Source: Spirochaetia bacterium
GTDB lineage: Bacteria > Spirochaetota > Spirochaetia > SZUA-6 > Bin103
Direction of reading: 5' to 3'
Length of the DNA stretch: 64,000 nucleotides
Assembly: GCA_965203055.1 (NCBI GenBank)
Contig: OZ241863.1
Coordinates: 4,257,813-4,321,812 of the forward strand
The notes beneath the pieces are model-generated. The model did no database searches. It was not told the origin of the DNA and saw only the letters and a program-made list of their open reading frames with translations. The position numbers and the translations under genes were made by a program. Shown piece by piece: positions 16,997 through 26,743 of the stretch (position 1 is its first letter; the number at the start of each line of letters is the position of its first letter).

Positions 16997-17015
16997 TACT
17001 CTTATTTTAAGAGTA
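16997..17015. promoter_or_regulatory. AT-rich inverted repeat TACTCTTA-TTT-TAAGAGTA (candidate operator)
   Basis: Perfect 8-bp arms, 34 nt upstream of the ATG at 17049 of an operon that ends with a winged-helix regulator. It stands out in GC-rich DNA. Confidence 0.4.
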
Positions 17016-17048
17016 TACGGTATTCGAGAGCAATAGGAGGGTAGCGAG

Positions 17049-17621
17049 ATGACCAATACCGACAGTCTCCGGGAAGACATCGCGTACGTGCGGGCGGCGG
17101 CCGAACGGGCGGACACCGGCACCATCCCGTCAATCTGTCTGCTGTGGGCGGTGATCGGGCTCTGCGGGGGCGTACTGGCCGACTTCGCCGCCGACTCCCG
17201 CTGGGTGGGCCGGTTCTGGCTGGCGGCGGCGCCGGCCGGTACGTGCCTCTCCCTGTGGCTCGGCTTCCGCGCCGGCCGTCGGGACGGTCAAGCAAGTCGC
17301 CGCACCGGCGTGCGCTGGGGCCTGCACTGGTTGGCGTTCATGGCCGCCGGGGCGCTCGGCGCCGCCCTGGTGGCGGCGGGGCACCTGCAGTGGTCCGGGT
17401 TCGGCTCGCTCGTCGCGCTGTTCCTGGCCCTGAACTACGCCCACGCGGGCTTCTACCTGGACCGCCGGCTGCTGCCAGTCGCCGGCGTGCTCGGTACCTG
17501 CTATCTGGTGACGTTGTTCGTGCCGGGGTATCAGTGGACGCTGGCCGGCGTGCTCATGGCCGCGGCGCTCGTCTGGCAGGCGATCCTTGGTGCGCGCCAG
17601 CGCGATGCCCGCCGATCCTGA
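17049..17621 (+). CDS. Integral membrane protein, hypothetical
   Basis: SD GGAGGG lies upstream. About five hydrophobic segments. The 3' end overlaps the start of the regulator gene. Confidence 0.6.
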   Translation: MTNTDSLREDIAYVRAAAERADTGTIPSICLLWAVIGLCGGVLADFAADSRWVGRFWLAAAPAGTCLSLWLGFRAGRRDGQASRRTGVRWGLHWLAFMAAGALGAALVAAGHLQWSGFGSLVALFLALNYAHAGFYLDRRLLPVAGVLGTCYLVTLFVPGYQWTLAGVLMAAALVWQAILGARQRDARRS

Positions 17622-17928
17622 CATTCCGGGACTGGAGGAGCTGGCGGCGCTGAACGGGCTCCTGCAACATCGGGTTCGATTGGCGATTTGCGTTCTGCTT
17701 TCGAAGCACGACGCGATGTCGTTCAGCCGTCTGAAGCAGGTCCTCGAAGAGAAGGACGGCAGCCTCGGTACGCACCTGCGCAAGCTGGAAGACGCCGGTT
17801 ACCTGACGATTGACAAGACCTACCGCGACCGGCGGCCGGTGACTTGGTATCAGTTGACCGCCGCCGGCCAGCAGCGATTGGAGCGGCACATCGAAAATCT
17901 GATGCGTCTGATCGGGCGCGCCCGGTAA
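17605..17928 (+). CDS. Winged-helix transcriptional regulator (HTH_34/ArsR-like)
   Basis: HRVRLAICVLLSKHDAMSFSRLKQVLEEKDGSLGTHLRKLEDAGYLTIDKTYRDRRPVTWYQLTAAG. The ATG at 17605 was chosen within ORF 17587..17928. Confidence 0.7.
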   Translation: MPADPDIPGLEELAALNGLLQHRVRLAICVLLSKHDAMSFSRLKQVLEEKDGSLGTHLRKLEDAGYLTIDKTYRDRRPVTWYQLTAAGQQRLERHIENLMRLIGRAR

Positions 17929-17951
17929 CGGCGGGAGGCTCCGAAGGCCGC

Positions 17952-19493
17952 TTACAGGTAGTTGAGGGTGGGGAGCTCGGCGGCGCGGCGGGGGTTGAAC
18001 TTGCGGTCGCGGTTGACCGGGTTGTGGTAGCGCAGGACGCGCTGGGGGCCGGCGGCCTCCGGCAGGCGCAGCACGGTGGTCGGGCGGGTGGTGGTGACCA
18101 GCCAGTCGATCAACTCGGCGCGCAGCTCCTCCACCGCGGCGCGGTGCTGCGGCAGCAGGGCCAGGTTCTCCTGCTCCCACGGGTCGGCCTCCAGGTCGTA
18201 CAGCTCGGCGAAGCCGCGCTCCTCCCACTCCGCGCCGAAGCGGGCGAACATGCCGGCCGGGTAGTGCACGTAGCGGTAGCGGCCCTTGCGCACGCTCTTG
18301 CTGAACGCGAACTCGGTCACCGCGACGCGGCGCACGGCGCCGCTCCCGCCGCGCAGCAGGTGGCCCAGGTCGTGGCCGTCGCCGGTCTCCATGGCGTCCA
18401 CTCCGGCCAGGGCGCAGGCGGTGGCGGCGAAGTCGACGCTCTCCACCAGCTCGCCGGCCACGTGACCGGCGGGAAAGCGGCCCGGCCAGCGCCAGATGAA
18501 CGGCACCCGGGTAATGGCGTCGGAGCAGATCCCCGGCGCCTTCTCCATGATCCCGAACTCGGCGGCGTAATCGCCGTGGTCGGACGAATAGACCACGATG
18601 GTGTCGTCCGCCAACCCGGCGTCATCCAGGAACTGCAGAAACTCGCCCACCGCATGATCGACGTGGCTCACGTTGCCCAGGTAGCCGTGCAGCTTGCGCC
18701 GGCGCCCGGCGGCGAAGGTCCGCGGCTCGAACAACTGCCAGTCGCCGGTGCGCCAGCGCCGCACCGCGGCCTGGAAGTGCGGCGCCTTGCCGTGCAGGTC
18801 GTGGTCGGCGTTGGGCGGCAGGGTGAGGGCCTCCTGGTCATAGAGGTCCCAGAACCGCTGCGCCGGCGTGTAGCACTGGTGCGGCTTGGGGAAGTTGGCC
18901 TGCAGGAAGAACGGGCGCCCGGCGTCCGCGCAGCGGCGCATGAAGTCGATGCCGGCGCGCGTCAGGTAGCCTTCCTGTCCATCCTCGTAGCTCACCTTGC
19001 TCGGGCGCGCGTCGCAGGTCTGGCGGCCGGCGGCGCCGAACTCCCGCATCGCGCCGTGATCCTCCAGCTCGGTGAGGCCGCGTTCGGCCAGGTAGTCGGC
19101 GTACTCCGCCGAACGCCCGCCGATGCTGCTGCCGCAGGTCTCCAGGAAGTAGTCCACGTCATCCTCGACCCAGTACTCCGGGCAGTGGATCTTGCCGACG
19201 GCGCCGGTGCGGTAGCCGTAGCGGCGCAGATGCCCGAACAGAGTGGGCAGGCCGCCGGGATTGGGACCGCTCAGGCCGTAGTAGCCGTGGTTGTGGCAGT
19301 ACTGGCCCGACAGCCAGCAGGTGCGGCTCGGGGTGCAGATCGGGTTCTGGGTAATGGCGTTGTCGAACCGCACCCCCTGCGCGGCGAGGCGGTCCAGATG
19401 CGGCGTGCGCGCCTCGGGGTGGCCCTTGTGCCCCAGCGCCTTGGCGTGATGCTGGTCGGAGAACAGCAACAGAATGTTGGGACGGCTGCTCAT
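17952..19493 (-). CDS. Sulfatase (Cys-type)
   Basis: ATG at 19493 (MSSRPNILLLFSDQHH) and formylglycine motif CTPSRTCWLSG. It is tightly packed with the upstream ADH gene. Confidence 0.85.
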   Translation of the reverse strand: MSSRPNILLLFSDQHHAKALGHKGHPEARTPHLDRLAAQGVRFDNAITQNPICTPSRTCWLSGQYCHNHGYYGLSGPNPGGLPTLFGHLRRYGYRTGAVGKIHCPEYWVEDDVDYFLETCGSSIGGRSAEYADYLAERGLTELEDHGAMREFGAAGRQTCDARPSKVSYEDGQEGYLTRAGIDFMRRCADAGRPFFLQANFPKPHQCYTPAQRFWDLYDQEALTLPPNADHDLHGKAPHFQAAVRRWRTGDWQLFEPRTFAAGRRRKLHGYLGNVSHVDHAVGEFLQFLDDAGLADDTIVVYSSDHGDYAAEFGIMEKAPGICSDAITRVPFIWRWPGRFPAGHVAGELVESVDFAATACALAGVDAMETGDGHDLGHLLRGGSGAVRRVAVTEFAFSKSVRKGRYRYVHYPAGMFARFGAEWEERGFAELYDLEADPWEQENLALLPQHRAAVEELRAELIDWLVTTTRPTTVLRLPEAAGPQRVLRYHNPVNRDRKFNPRRAAELPTLNYL

Positions 19494-19497
19494 CGCT

Positions 19498-20544
19498 TCA
19501 ACCGTTGGGGTTGATATGTACCTTGATCGAGTGGGTGGACTTGTCAAGGGCGGCGCCGAACGCGTCGTGCACCGCGGCCAGCGGAAAGCGCTGCGTAATC
19601 AGCGAGCGGGCCGCGGCGGCCTGTTCGGCCACCATCTCCATGGCGATCTGATAGTCCGCGCGGCCGTTGCTCGCCGAGTAGGTCATGGAGCCGACGAGTT
19701 CCACTTCGCGCGCCGCCAGCCGCAGCGGATCGATGGCGACGGTGGGCACCGTGAACACCCCCAGCAGCAGCAGCCGGCCCTTGGGCCGCACCGCCAGTTG
19801 CGCCTGCAGCAGGGTGTCGCCGCGCCCGCCGACCGTCTCCACCGCCACGTCCACCACCCGCTGCGCGGCCAGCTCCTCCAGCCGCTCGCGGCCGGCGGGG
19901 TCGTCGGCCAGCACCTCATCGGCGCCAAGGCGGCGCGCCGCCTCCTGCTGGTGCGGATGGCGGGCGGTGATCAGCGTGTGGGCGCCGCCGGCCTTGGCGG
20001 CGATCAGCGCCGTGAGGCCGATGGTGCCGGCGCCGATGATGAGCACGGTCTCGCGGGCTCGCAGGTTGACCTTGGCGTAGCCGTGCACCGAACAGGCCAG
20101 CGGCTCGGCCAGGGCGATTACCTCGCCGTCGGCGCCGGCGGGCGCCCGGTAGGCGGTGCGCGCCGGAACCGTCATCAACTCGCTCATGCCGCCGCCCGCG
20201 TTCTCCCCGACCAGGCCGCGTTCGGTGCAGACGTGGTAGTTGCCGGTCAGGCAGAAGCCGCAGGAGCCGCAGCTCAGCAGCGGTTCGATGCCGACCAGGT
20301 CGCCCTCGCGCACGTGGCGCACCCCGGCGCCGGCCGCGGCCACGGTGCCGGCCACTTCGTGACCGGGGGCGATTCCCGGCATCGCCTCGAACTCGCCGCG
20401 GTAGAAGTGCAGGTCGGAGCCGCAGATCCCGGCGCTGGCGACCGCGACCTGAACCTCACCGGGCCCCGGGTCGCTCGCCTCCGTCTCCACCAGAGCCAGC
20501 TTGCGCTGCTCGGTCCAGCGCACCGACTTCATCAGGCGCGCCAT
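19498..20544 (-). CDS. Zinc-dependent alcohol dehydrogenase (MDR family)
   Basis: GICGSDLHFYRGEF, GHEVAG and GAGTIGL motifs. The start is at 20544 or 20532. Confidence 0.85.
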   Translation of the reverse strand: MARLMKSVRWTEQRKLALVETEASDPGPGEVQVAVASAGICGSDLHFYRGEFEAMPGIAPGHEVAGTVAAAGAGVRHVREGDLVGIEPLLSCGSCGFCLTGNYHVCTERGLVGENAGGGMSELMTVPARTAYRAPAGADGEVIALAEPLACSVHGYAKVNLRARETVLIIGAGTIGLTALIAAKAGGAHTLITARHPHQQEAARRLGADEVLADDPAGRERLEELAAQRVVDVAVETVGGRGDTLLQAQLAVRPKGRLLLLGVFTVPTVAIDPLRLAAREVELVGSMTYSASNGRADYQIAMEMVAEQAAAARSLITQRFPLAAVHDAFGAALDKSTHSIKVHINPNG

Positions 20545-20545
20545 T

Positions 20546-21544
20546 TCAGATGCCCACCACCATCGGGTAGTCCTCGTAGGTGGGACACTTCTCGGCGGCG
20601 AAGATGCGATCGATTTCGGCCCGCTCCCCGGCGCTCAACTGCCACTCGGCGGCGGCCACGTTCTCGGCCAGCTCGCGGGCAGTGCGCATGCCCACCAGCG
20701 CCACCGACACCGCCGGATGGCCCAGCACCCAGGCGATGGCCAACTGCGGCAGCGACCGCCCGGCGCGCGCCGCCAGGTCCGCCAGGCGCCGGCCGACGCG
20801 CAACGCGCGGTCGAAGTCGGCGGGGCGAAACAGCGGCAGCCAGAACGCGTTGTGGTGGCGCCGCCAGTCGCCTTCCTCGAAGGTGTGGCCGGGCCGGAAG
20901 GCCCCGGTCAGCAGGCCGAACGCCAGCGTGCCGTAGGCCATGAAGCCGATGCCGTGCTCGCGGCAATAGGGCAGGATCGCCTTCTGCATGCGCCGGTCGA
21001 ACAGATGGTAGCCGACCTGATTCACCGCCAGGTCGGTGTAGCGGCGGCAGTAGTCCATCATCTCCACGTTGAAGTTGGACACGCCGCCGTAGCGGATCTT
21101 GCCGTCCGCCTTCAGCTTCTCGAACGCCCGCATCGGTTCGTCGAGCGGAGTGCCGTAATCGGGCCAGTGGATCAGCATCAGATCGATCACCTCGGTGCCG
21201 AGCCGGCGCAGGCAGCCCTCGGTGCGCTCGATGATGTACTCGTAGCGCGAACAACGGCCCAGGATGCGGCGCTCCGCGTCGTCGAAGGTGAAGCCGGTCT
21301 TGGTGACCAGGATCACCTCCTTGCGCCGCTCGCCGAGCGCCTTGCCGAGGATCTCTTCCGAGTAGAAGGGGCCGTAGACCTCCGCGGTATCGAACAGGTT
21401 GATGCCATGGTCGATCGCCGAGCGCACCGCGCGCGACGCTTCGGCCACGTCGATCGAGCCGTACATGGTGGTGCTCATCTCCCAGGTGCCGAAGCCGATC
21501 GGGGAGGTCATGAGGTCGGTGTTGCCGAGGCGCCGTCGTGTCAT
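20546..21544 (-). CDS. Aldo/keto reductase
   Basis: LGNTDLMTSPIGFGTWEM, ...INLFDTAEVYG and ...LMLIHWPD. Confidence 0.85.
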   Translation of the reverse strand: MTRRRLGNTDLMTSPIGFGTWEMSTTMYGSIDVAEASRAVRSAIDHGINLFDTAEVYGPFYSEEILGKALGERRKEVILVTKTGFTFDDAERRILGRCSRYEYIIERTEGCLRRLGTEVIDLMLIHWPDYGTPLDEPMRAFEKLKADGKIRYGGVSNFNVEMMDYCRRYTDLAVNQVGYHLFDRRMQKAILPYCREHGIGFMAYGTLAFGLLTGAFRPGHTFEEGDWRRHHNAFWLPLFRPADFDRALRVGRRLADLAARAGRSLPQLAIAWVLGHPAVSVALVGMRTARELAENVAAAEWQLSAGERAEIDRIFAAEKCPTYEDYPMVVGI

Positions 21545-21635
21545 AGCCGCCCCACCTTACCGGCATCGCCGCCAAGCGGAAAGCCGGGGTGAAGTGAGTG
21601 AGCAAGGACGTGAGCGGACGGCATCTTCCGGCAGG

Positions 21636-22244
21636 TCAGGGTCCCTCGAGCAGCCGCCGCACCGAGCAGCGCAGTTCGGGAAACGCGAGCGGAGTCAGCT
21701 CCCCGCCGGCGGCGGTCATGATCCGGCGATAGCGATAATCGGTCCCGTCGGGGTTGCGGAACACGACGAGCCGCGACTGCTGCAGATCGACCACCCAATA
21801 CTCCGGCACCTGCGACTGCGCGTAGAGGCGCCGCTTCTCCTCCAGGTCCTTGGCCAGGCTGGAATCGGAAAACTCGATCAGCCAGAAGATGTCGCCGGGG
21901 TAGGGATGATGAGCGAGGTACTCGCGACCGAGTGGCCGCACCACGGCGATGTCCGGCTCCGGCTCGGAGTCGTACCCGGGCAGGGTAATCGGGTGGGCCG
22001 GCCGCACCACGGCCTGCCCGCCCACCAGCCGGATCAGATACTCGCCGGCCTCGGTCATCAGGTAGGCGTGAGTCATTCGCTCAGGCGACATCTCGACGAT
22101 TTCCCCGCTCAGCAGCTCTACCGGCCGATCGTCGAGCATGCCGCTCGCGACCATGCGGTGGTAATCCTCCAGCGTCCATTTGGCAAGGGTCACGCTCACG
22201 CCGCCGCTCCGTTCGTCGAAAGACGCTACCCCGCGGCCGTCCAT
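21636..22244 (-). CDS. Uma2 family endonuclease
   Basis: WTLEDYHRMVASGML...VELLSGEIVEMSP and ...PDIAVV...FWLIEFSDSSLAKDLEEKRRLYAQSQVPEYWVVDL. Confidence 0.8.
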   Translation of the reverse strand: MDGRGVASFDERSGGVSVTLAKWTLEDYHRMVASGMLDDRPVELLSGEIVEMSPERMTHAYLMTEAGEYLIRLVGGQAVVRPAHPITLPGYDSEPEPDIAVVRPLGREYLAHHPYPGDIFWLIEFSDSSLAKDLEEKRRLYAQSQVPEYWVVDLQQSRLVVFRNPDGTDYRYRRIMTAAGGELTPLAFPELRCSVRRLLEGP

Positions 22245-22326
22245 CTGTCCACTCAGGCGCTAGCGGCGCGGCGGCGCGCGGGCGGCTTGACAGCGGCGCC
22301 GCGCTGAGGACTAGGGTAACGCAATC

Positions 22327-23304
22327 ATGGCGGAAGACACGCGACTGTTCGTAGGGACCGTAGGGGAGGGGCTGTACGTCAGCGACGACGGCGGCGGCAC
22401 CTTCAAGCGCAGGGCCGGCAACGGCTTGTACATCGAAGGCGAGGTGCGGGCGCTGGCGGCGCACCCGCGCAACCCGCGCCGCGTCTATGCCGGCACCAAC
22501 GCCGGCGTGTGCCGCTCCGACGACGGCGGCGACACCTGGCAGCGGCTGCCCAGCGCCATGGACGACATGGTGGTGTGGGCGCTGCTGGTGCTGCCGGGCG
22601 CGCCGGATACGATCTTCGCCGGGACGCGGCCGGCGGGCGTGTTCCGCTCCACCGACGGCGGCGACACCTGGCACGACGCGCAGCTCGGCGCGCAGGTCGA
22701 GTGCGCGGTGATCGAATACAACCGCATCACCACCATCATCGCCGATCCGATTGCGCCGCGTTGCGTCTGGGTGGGGGTGGAGATCGACGGCTGCTGGCGC
22801 AGTAATGACGCCGGCGACACCTGGAGCCGGCACGCCGACGGGCTCTCCTCGCTCGACGTGCACGGCCTGGTGGTGGTGCCCGAGAACGGCTCCCGCAGGC
22901 TGGTCGCGGCGACCAACAACGGCGTCAACGTCAGCGCCGACGAGGGCGCCAGTTGGCAGCGCCAGGAGCTGGGCGCGGTCACCTCCTGGAACTACTTCCG
23001 CGGCATCCGGCAGCACGCCGGGCAGCCCGAAACCCTGTTCCTCGGCAACGGCGACGGCCCGCCCGGATTCGCCGGCGCGGCGTTGCGTTCGCGCGACGGC
23101 GGCCGGAGCTGGGAGCGCATGGAGCTGCCGGCGCAACCCAACTCCACCATCTGGGACTACGCCACCCATGCCGCCGACCCGGAGCTGATCTACGCCTACA
23201 GTTGCTCCGGCGAACTGTACCGTTCCGCCGACGCCGGCAGCCGCTGGGACAAGATAGGCCGCGAGTTCGGAGAGATCCGCGCGCTGCTGTGGACGCCGGC
23301 ATAG
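22327..23304 (+). CDS. BNR/Asp-box repeat beta-propeller protein
   Basis: Seven Asp-box-like motifs (SDDGGGTF, SDDGGDTW, STDGGDTW, SNDAGDTW, SADEGASW, SRDGGRSW, SADAGSRW). Confidence 0.75.
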   Translation: MAEDTRLFVGTVGEGLYVSDDGGGTFKRRAGNGLYIEGEVRALAAHPRNPRRVYAGTNAGVCRSDDGGDTWQRLPSAMDDMVVWALLVLPGAPDTIFAGTRPAGVFRSTDGGDTWHDAQLGAQVECAVIEYNRITTIIADPIAPRCVWVGVEIDGCWRSNDAGDTWSRHADGLSSLDVHGLVVVPENGSRRLVAATNNGVNVSADEGASWQRQELGAVTSWNYFRGIRQHAGQPETLFLGNGDGPPGFAGAALRSRDGGRSWERMELPAQPNSTIWDYATHAADPELIYAYSCSGELYRSADAGSRWDKIGREFGEIRALLWTPA

Positions 23305-23328
23305 ACCGCGGCGGATTCGCCCGGTAGA

Positions 23329-23637
23329 GTGTCCGTAGCGCCCATGGCAGCGAACGATGCTCCCCAGCCCCGGCAGCGGCTGCTGTACGTGCATGCCCAG
23401 ACCCCCAGCATCCTGTCGCCGGTGCTGGAGATGACCATCTACGAGCCGGTGGCCGGCTTCACGGTGGAGTTGACGGCGGAGGAACCGGCCGCTCCCTACG
23501 CCACCGTGCATGAGGCGGTAGTGGACGGCTGGCAGATCGTGCAGTTCCCGCTGCACCAGGCCGTCTATGACGACGATGAGATCGACATGGTGGGATATGA
23601 ATTCATCCTGCAGAAGATGGAGGTAGTGGAACCATGA
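23329..23637 (+). CDS. Hypothetical small protein
   Basis: The stop overlaps the next start (ATGA at 23634..23637), suggesting translational coupling. The start codon is uncertain. Confidence 0.4.
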   Translation: MSVAPMAANDAPQPRQRLLYVHAQTPSILSPVLEMTIYEPVAGFTVELTAEEPAAPYATVHEAVVDGWQIVQFPLHQAVYDDDEIDMVGYEFILQKMEVVEP

Positions 23638-24470
23638 GTACGGCAGTCATGGAGGTCGAGACCGCGCCCGCAGCCGGGCAGGAGCCGCCGGCCGAGCATC
23701 TGCTCGACGACCTGCAGGTGGTCGACTTCATCGTCAACGGCTACCACCTCGTGGAGCCGGACCTGCGCCCCGGTCTGAACGAAACGATCGCCGCCCGGCT
23801 GGATGCGCTGCAGCGCAACCCCGGCGACGCCATCTGCGACGAGGTGCCGGAGCTGCGCGAGGTGCTCGACCATCCCGCGGTGCGCGGCGCGCTGGTCAGC
23901 CTGGCCGGCCGCAACTACGAGGTGATGTTCCACCGCCACTGGCACTGCAAGGAGCCGCGCACCCGCTACATGCACTGGCATCAGGACGGCAAGAACCGGC
24001 GCAACGCCGCCCTCGACCGCTTCCTCGGCCTGTACTACCCGGCCGACGTCACCGCCGACATGGGGCCGACCATCATCGTACCGGCTACCCAGTACCGCAA
24101 CGCCCCCACCGACCGCATGCGCACCTACGGCAACATCCGCGGCCAGGTGCCGCTGGTGGTCAAGGCCGGCACCTTCGCCGTCACCCACTACGACCTGTGG
24201 CACGGCACCGCCGCCAACCGTTCCGGCCGGCGCCGCCACATGGTCAAGTTCCTGTTCGCGCGCACCGGGGACAACGAGGGCGCCACCTGGAAACACGATC
24301 CGCAGTGCATGAACGCGTTGCGCGACTGGAACCTGCGGGAGCAGGCGCCGGACCCCTTCAACCGGCTCTCCTTCGCCAACCCGCTGAACGTGTCGCAGAG
24401 CGATTCCTACAAGGAGCGCGCCATTCGCCGCGAAGTATGGGAGCAGCTCACCGGGGAGCCGCTCCGGTAG
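23634..24470 (+). CDS. Phytanoyl-CoA dioxygenase (PhyH) family protein
   Basis: HWHQDG, ...PTIIVPATQ and ...YDLWHGTAANRS motifs. Confidence 0.75.
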   Translation: MSTAVMEVETAPAAGQEPPAEHLLDDLQVVDFIVNGYHLVEPDLRPGLNETIAARLDALQRNPGDAICDEVPELREVLDHPAVRGALVSLAGRNYEVMFHRHWHCKEPRTRYMHWHQDGKNRRNAALDRFLGLYYPADVTADMGPTIIVPATQYRNAPTDRMRTYGNIRGQVPLVVKAGTFAVTHYDLWHGTAANRSGRRRHMVKFLFARTGDNEGATWKHDPQCMNALRDWNLREQAPDPFNRLSFANPLNVSQSDSYKERAIRREVWEQLTGEPLR

Positions 24471-24506
24471 CCGGCTGCCGGAGCCGGGCCGGCGGCCGGC
24501 GGCCGC

Positions 24507-25904
24507 CTACGCGGTGTCGCCGACCTCCACCCGCAGGCGCTCCAGCTCGGCGGTCAGTTCCGCCCGCACCGCGGCGTAGGCGGGGTCGTCGTAGACGTTG
24601 ACCAGTTCCTGCGGATCGCGCACCAGATCGAACAGCTCCCACTCCGGCGGCGTCGGCTCCCCGACCGCCCCCGCGGCGTCGAGCGGATCGCCGTAGTAGT
24701 AGATCAGCTTGTGCGTCTCGGTGCGCACCCCGTAGTGGGCGGCGACGTTGAAGTGCGCGCCGTGCATCCAGTAGCGGTAGTACATCGAAGTACGCCAGTC
24801 GCTCACCGCGGCGCCCTGCAGCAGCGGGCGCAGGCTGCGGCCCGGCAGCTCCTCGGGAATCGCCGCGCCGGCCAGATCGAGCACGGTGGGCGCAAAGTCG
24901 ACGTTGAGCACCATGTGGTCGTCGACCAGGCCCGGCTGCGTGACCCCCGGCCCGCGCATCAGCAGCGGGATGCGGATCGACTCCTCGTACATGAAGCGCT
25001 TGTCGAAGTAGCCGTGGTCGCCCAGGAAGAAGCCGTGGTCGGAGGTGTAGACCACCAGCGTGTCGCCGGCCAGTCCGGCTTCGTCGAGATAGCTCAGCAG
25101 GCGGCCCAGGTTGTCGTCCACCGAGGCGACGCAGCGCAGGTAGCCTTTGATGAACGACTGATAGTTCCAGCGCAACAGCTCGTCACCGCTCAATCCGGGC
25201 GGCGCCGGCTCCGGTACGTGGTTGCGGCTCATGGACGCCACCTTCTGGGTGGAGCGCGCCGCCGCGGCGGCGCGGTTGCGGTAGTCGTCGCGCAGGGTCG
25301 GCGGTTCGGGCAGGTCGCGGCCGGCGAACATCTCGGCGTGGGCGGCGTCGGCGGTGAACGGGTCATGCGGCGCCTTGTTGCCGAGGTAGAGGAAGAAGGG
25401 CCGCTCCGGGTCGCGCCCGCGCAGCCAGTCCAGCGCCAGGTCGGCCAATACGTCGGTGACGTAGCCGCGCCGCGTCACCGTGCCGCCGGGCTCGTGGAAC
25501 TCCGGGTCCACGTACTTGCCCTGCACGGGAAGCACGCTCCAGTGATCGAAGCCCGCCGGGTCGCTGGCGCCGCCGTGACCGAGGTGCCATTTGCCGAGGG
25601 CGGCGGTCTGGTAGCCGGCGTCGCGCAGCATCATGCCCAGGGTGCGCTCGCGGGTATGGTCGATGACGTCGCTCAAGGTGCGGATGCCGGTGGTGTGGCT
25701 GTACTTGCCGGTGAGCACGGTGGCCCGCGCCGGCGTGCAGATGGCGTTGGTGCAGAAGCAGCGGTCGAAGCGCGCCCCCTCGGCGGCCAGGCGGTCCAGG
25801 TTCGGCGTGGCCACCAGGCTGGGGCCGTAGCCGGAGATCGCCGCCGGCGCATGGTCGTCGGCGATGACGAACAGGATGTTGGGCTGACGGTGGGTTCGTG
25901 CCAT
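24507..25904 (-). CDS. Sulfatase (Cys-type)
   Basis: ATG at 25904 (MARTHRQPNILFVIADDH), CTPARATVLTGKY and ...GKWHLG. Confidence 0.85.
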   Translation of the reverse strand: MARTHRQPNILFVIADDHAPAAISGYGPSLVATPNLDRLAAEGARFDRCFCTNAICTPARATVLTGKYSHTTGIRTLSDVIDHTRERTLGMMLRDAGYQTAALGKWHLGHGGASDPAGFDHWSVLPVQGKYVDPEFHEPGGTVTRRGYVTDVLADLALDWLRGRDPERPFFLYLGNKAPHDPFTADAAHAEMFAGRDLPEPPTLRDDYRNRAAAAARSTQKVASMSRNHVPEPAPPGLSGDELLRWNYQSFIKGYLRCVASVDDNLGRLLSYLDEAGLAGDTLVVYTSDHGFFLGDHGYFDKRFMYEESIRIPLLMRGPGVTQPGLVDDHMVLNVDFAPTVLDLAGAAIPEELPGRSLRPLLQGAAVSDWRTSMYYRYWMHGAHFNVAAHYGVRTETHKLIYYYGDPLDAAGAVGEPTPPEWELFDLVRDPQELVNVYDDPAYAAVRAELTAELERLRVEVGDTA

Positions 25905-26024
25905 GGCGCCATCATCAACCACACCGGCGGCTATGACCAGATGCCTCCCGGCCCGCCCGCCCGCCCGGCGAGATGGTTGACCGTCCGGGCTGCCCGCGGA
26001 TAGGTTGGCCGGGAGGCGAAGCGG

Positions 26025-26735
26025 ATGCAGCCGCTACGGATAGCAACGGTAGAGGACCTGGTCCACGTTTTGGACGAGCACCCGCACTGGCTGGAGGCGG
26101 TGCGGTCGCGGCTGCTCACGCGCGAGTTGCTTGAGCTTCCGCAGAAGCTGGCGGAGTTCGCGGCCGACACCGAGCGCCGATTCGAGACGCTGGAGCGCCG
26201 ACTCGAAGCTCTGGAGCGCCGATTCGAGGCGCTGGAGCGCCGACTCGAAGCTCTGGAGCGCCGATTCGACGCGCTGGAGCGCCAACTCGACCAGCTCCGC
26301 ACCGACGTTGCTCCCCTCAAGGCCGCCCACGCCAGGAACGAGGCCCGGCACGAAGCCGATCTGATGGCGGAAGAGCAGGGTCTCACGCTCGTCCATACCC
26401 TCGACCGGGAAGAGATTCGGGACCTGGTACGATCCTCCGACACCGACGGCATCTCCAAGCACGAGCTGCGCAGTTTTCGCTTGGCGGACATCGTGCTGCG
26501 CGCAACCGATAGTGCGGGAGCGGAGTGCTACCTGGCGGTGGAGGTCTCCTACACCGCCAACGGCCGCGACACCTCTCGGGCACAGCGCAACGCGCGCTTC
26601 CTGACCCGCTTTACCGGCCGGCGCGCGTATGCCGTGGTGGCCGGTCTGCGGTTCGACGAGCGTATTCGCCGCAGCGTGGAGTCAGGCGCGATAGCGTGGT
26701 ATCAACTGGACCCTGAAGCCCTGGAAGTGGACTGA
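26025..26735 (+). CDS. Coiled-coil (RRFEALE heptads) protein with a PD-(D/E)xK-like C-terminal domain, unknown function
   Basis: Six 21-bp units at 26172..26297 encode RRFETLE RRLEALE RRFEALE RRLEALE RRFDALE RQLDQL. The C-terminal ...ADIVLRATD...CYLAVEVSYTANGRDTSRAQRNARFLTRFTG resembles a conserved family I recall from cyanobacteria, Chloroflexi and Thermus. Confidence 0.7.
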   Translation: MQPLRIATVEDLVHVLDEHPHWLEAVRSRLLTRELLELPQKLAEFAADTERRFETLERRLEALERRFEALERRLEALERRFDALERQLDQLRTDVAPLKAAHARNEARHEADLMAEEQGLTLVHTLDREEIRDLVRSSDTDGISKHELRSFRLADIVLRATDSAGAECYLAVEVSYTANGRDTSRAQRNARFLTRFTGRRAYAVVAGLRFDERIRRSVESGAIAWYQLDPEALEVD

Positions 26736-26743
26736 CTTCGACT

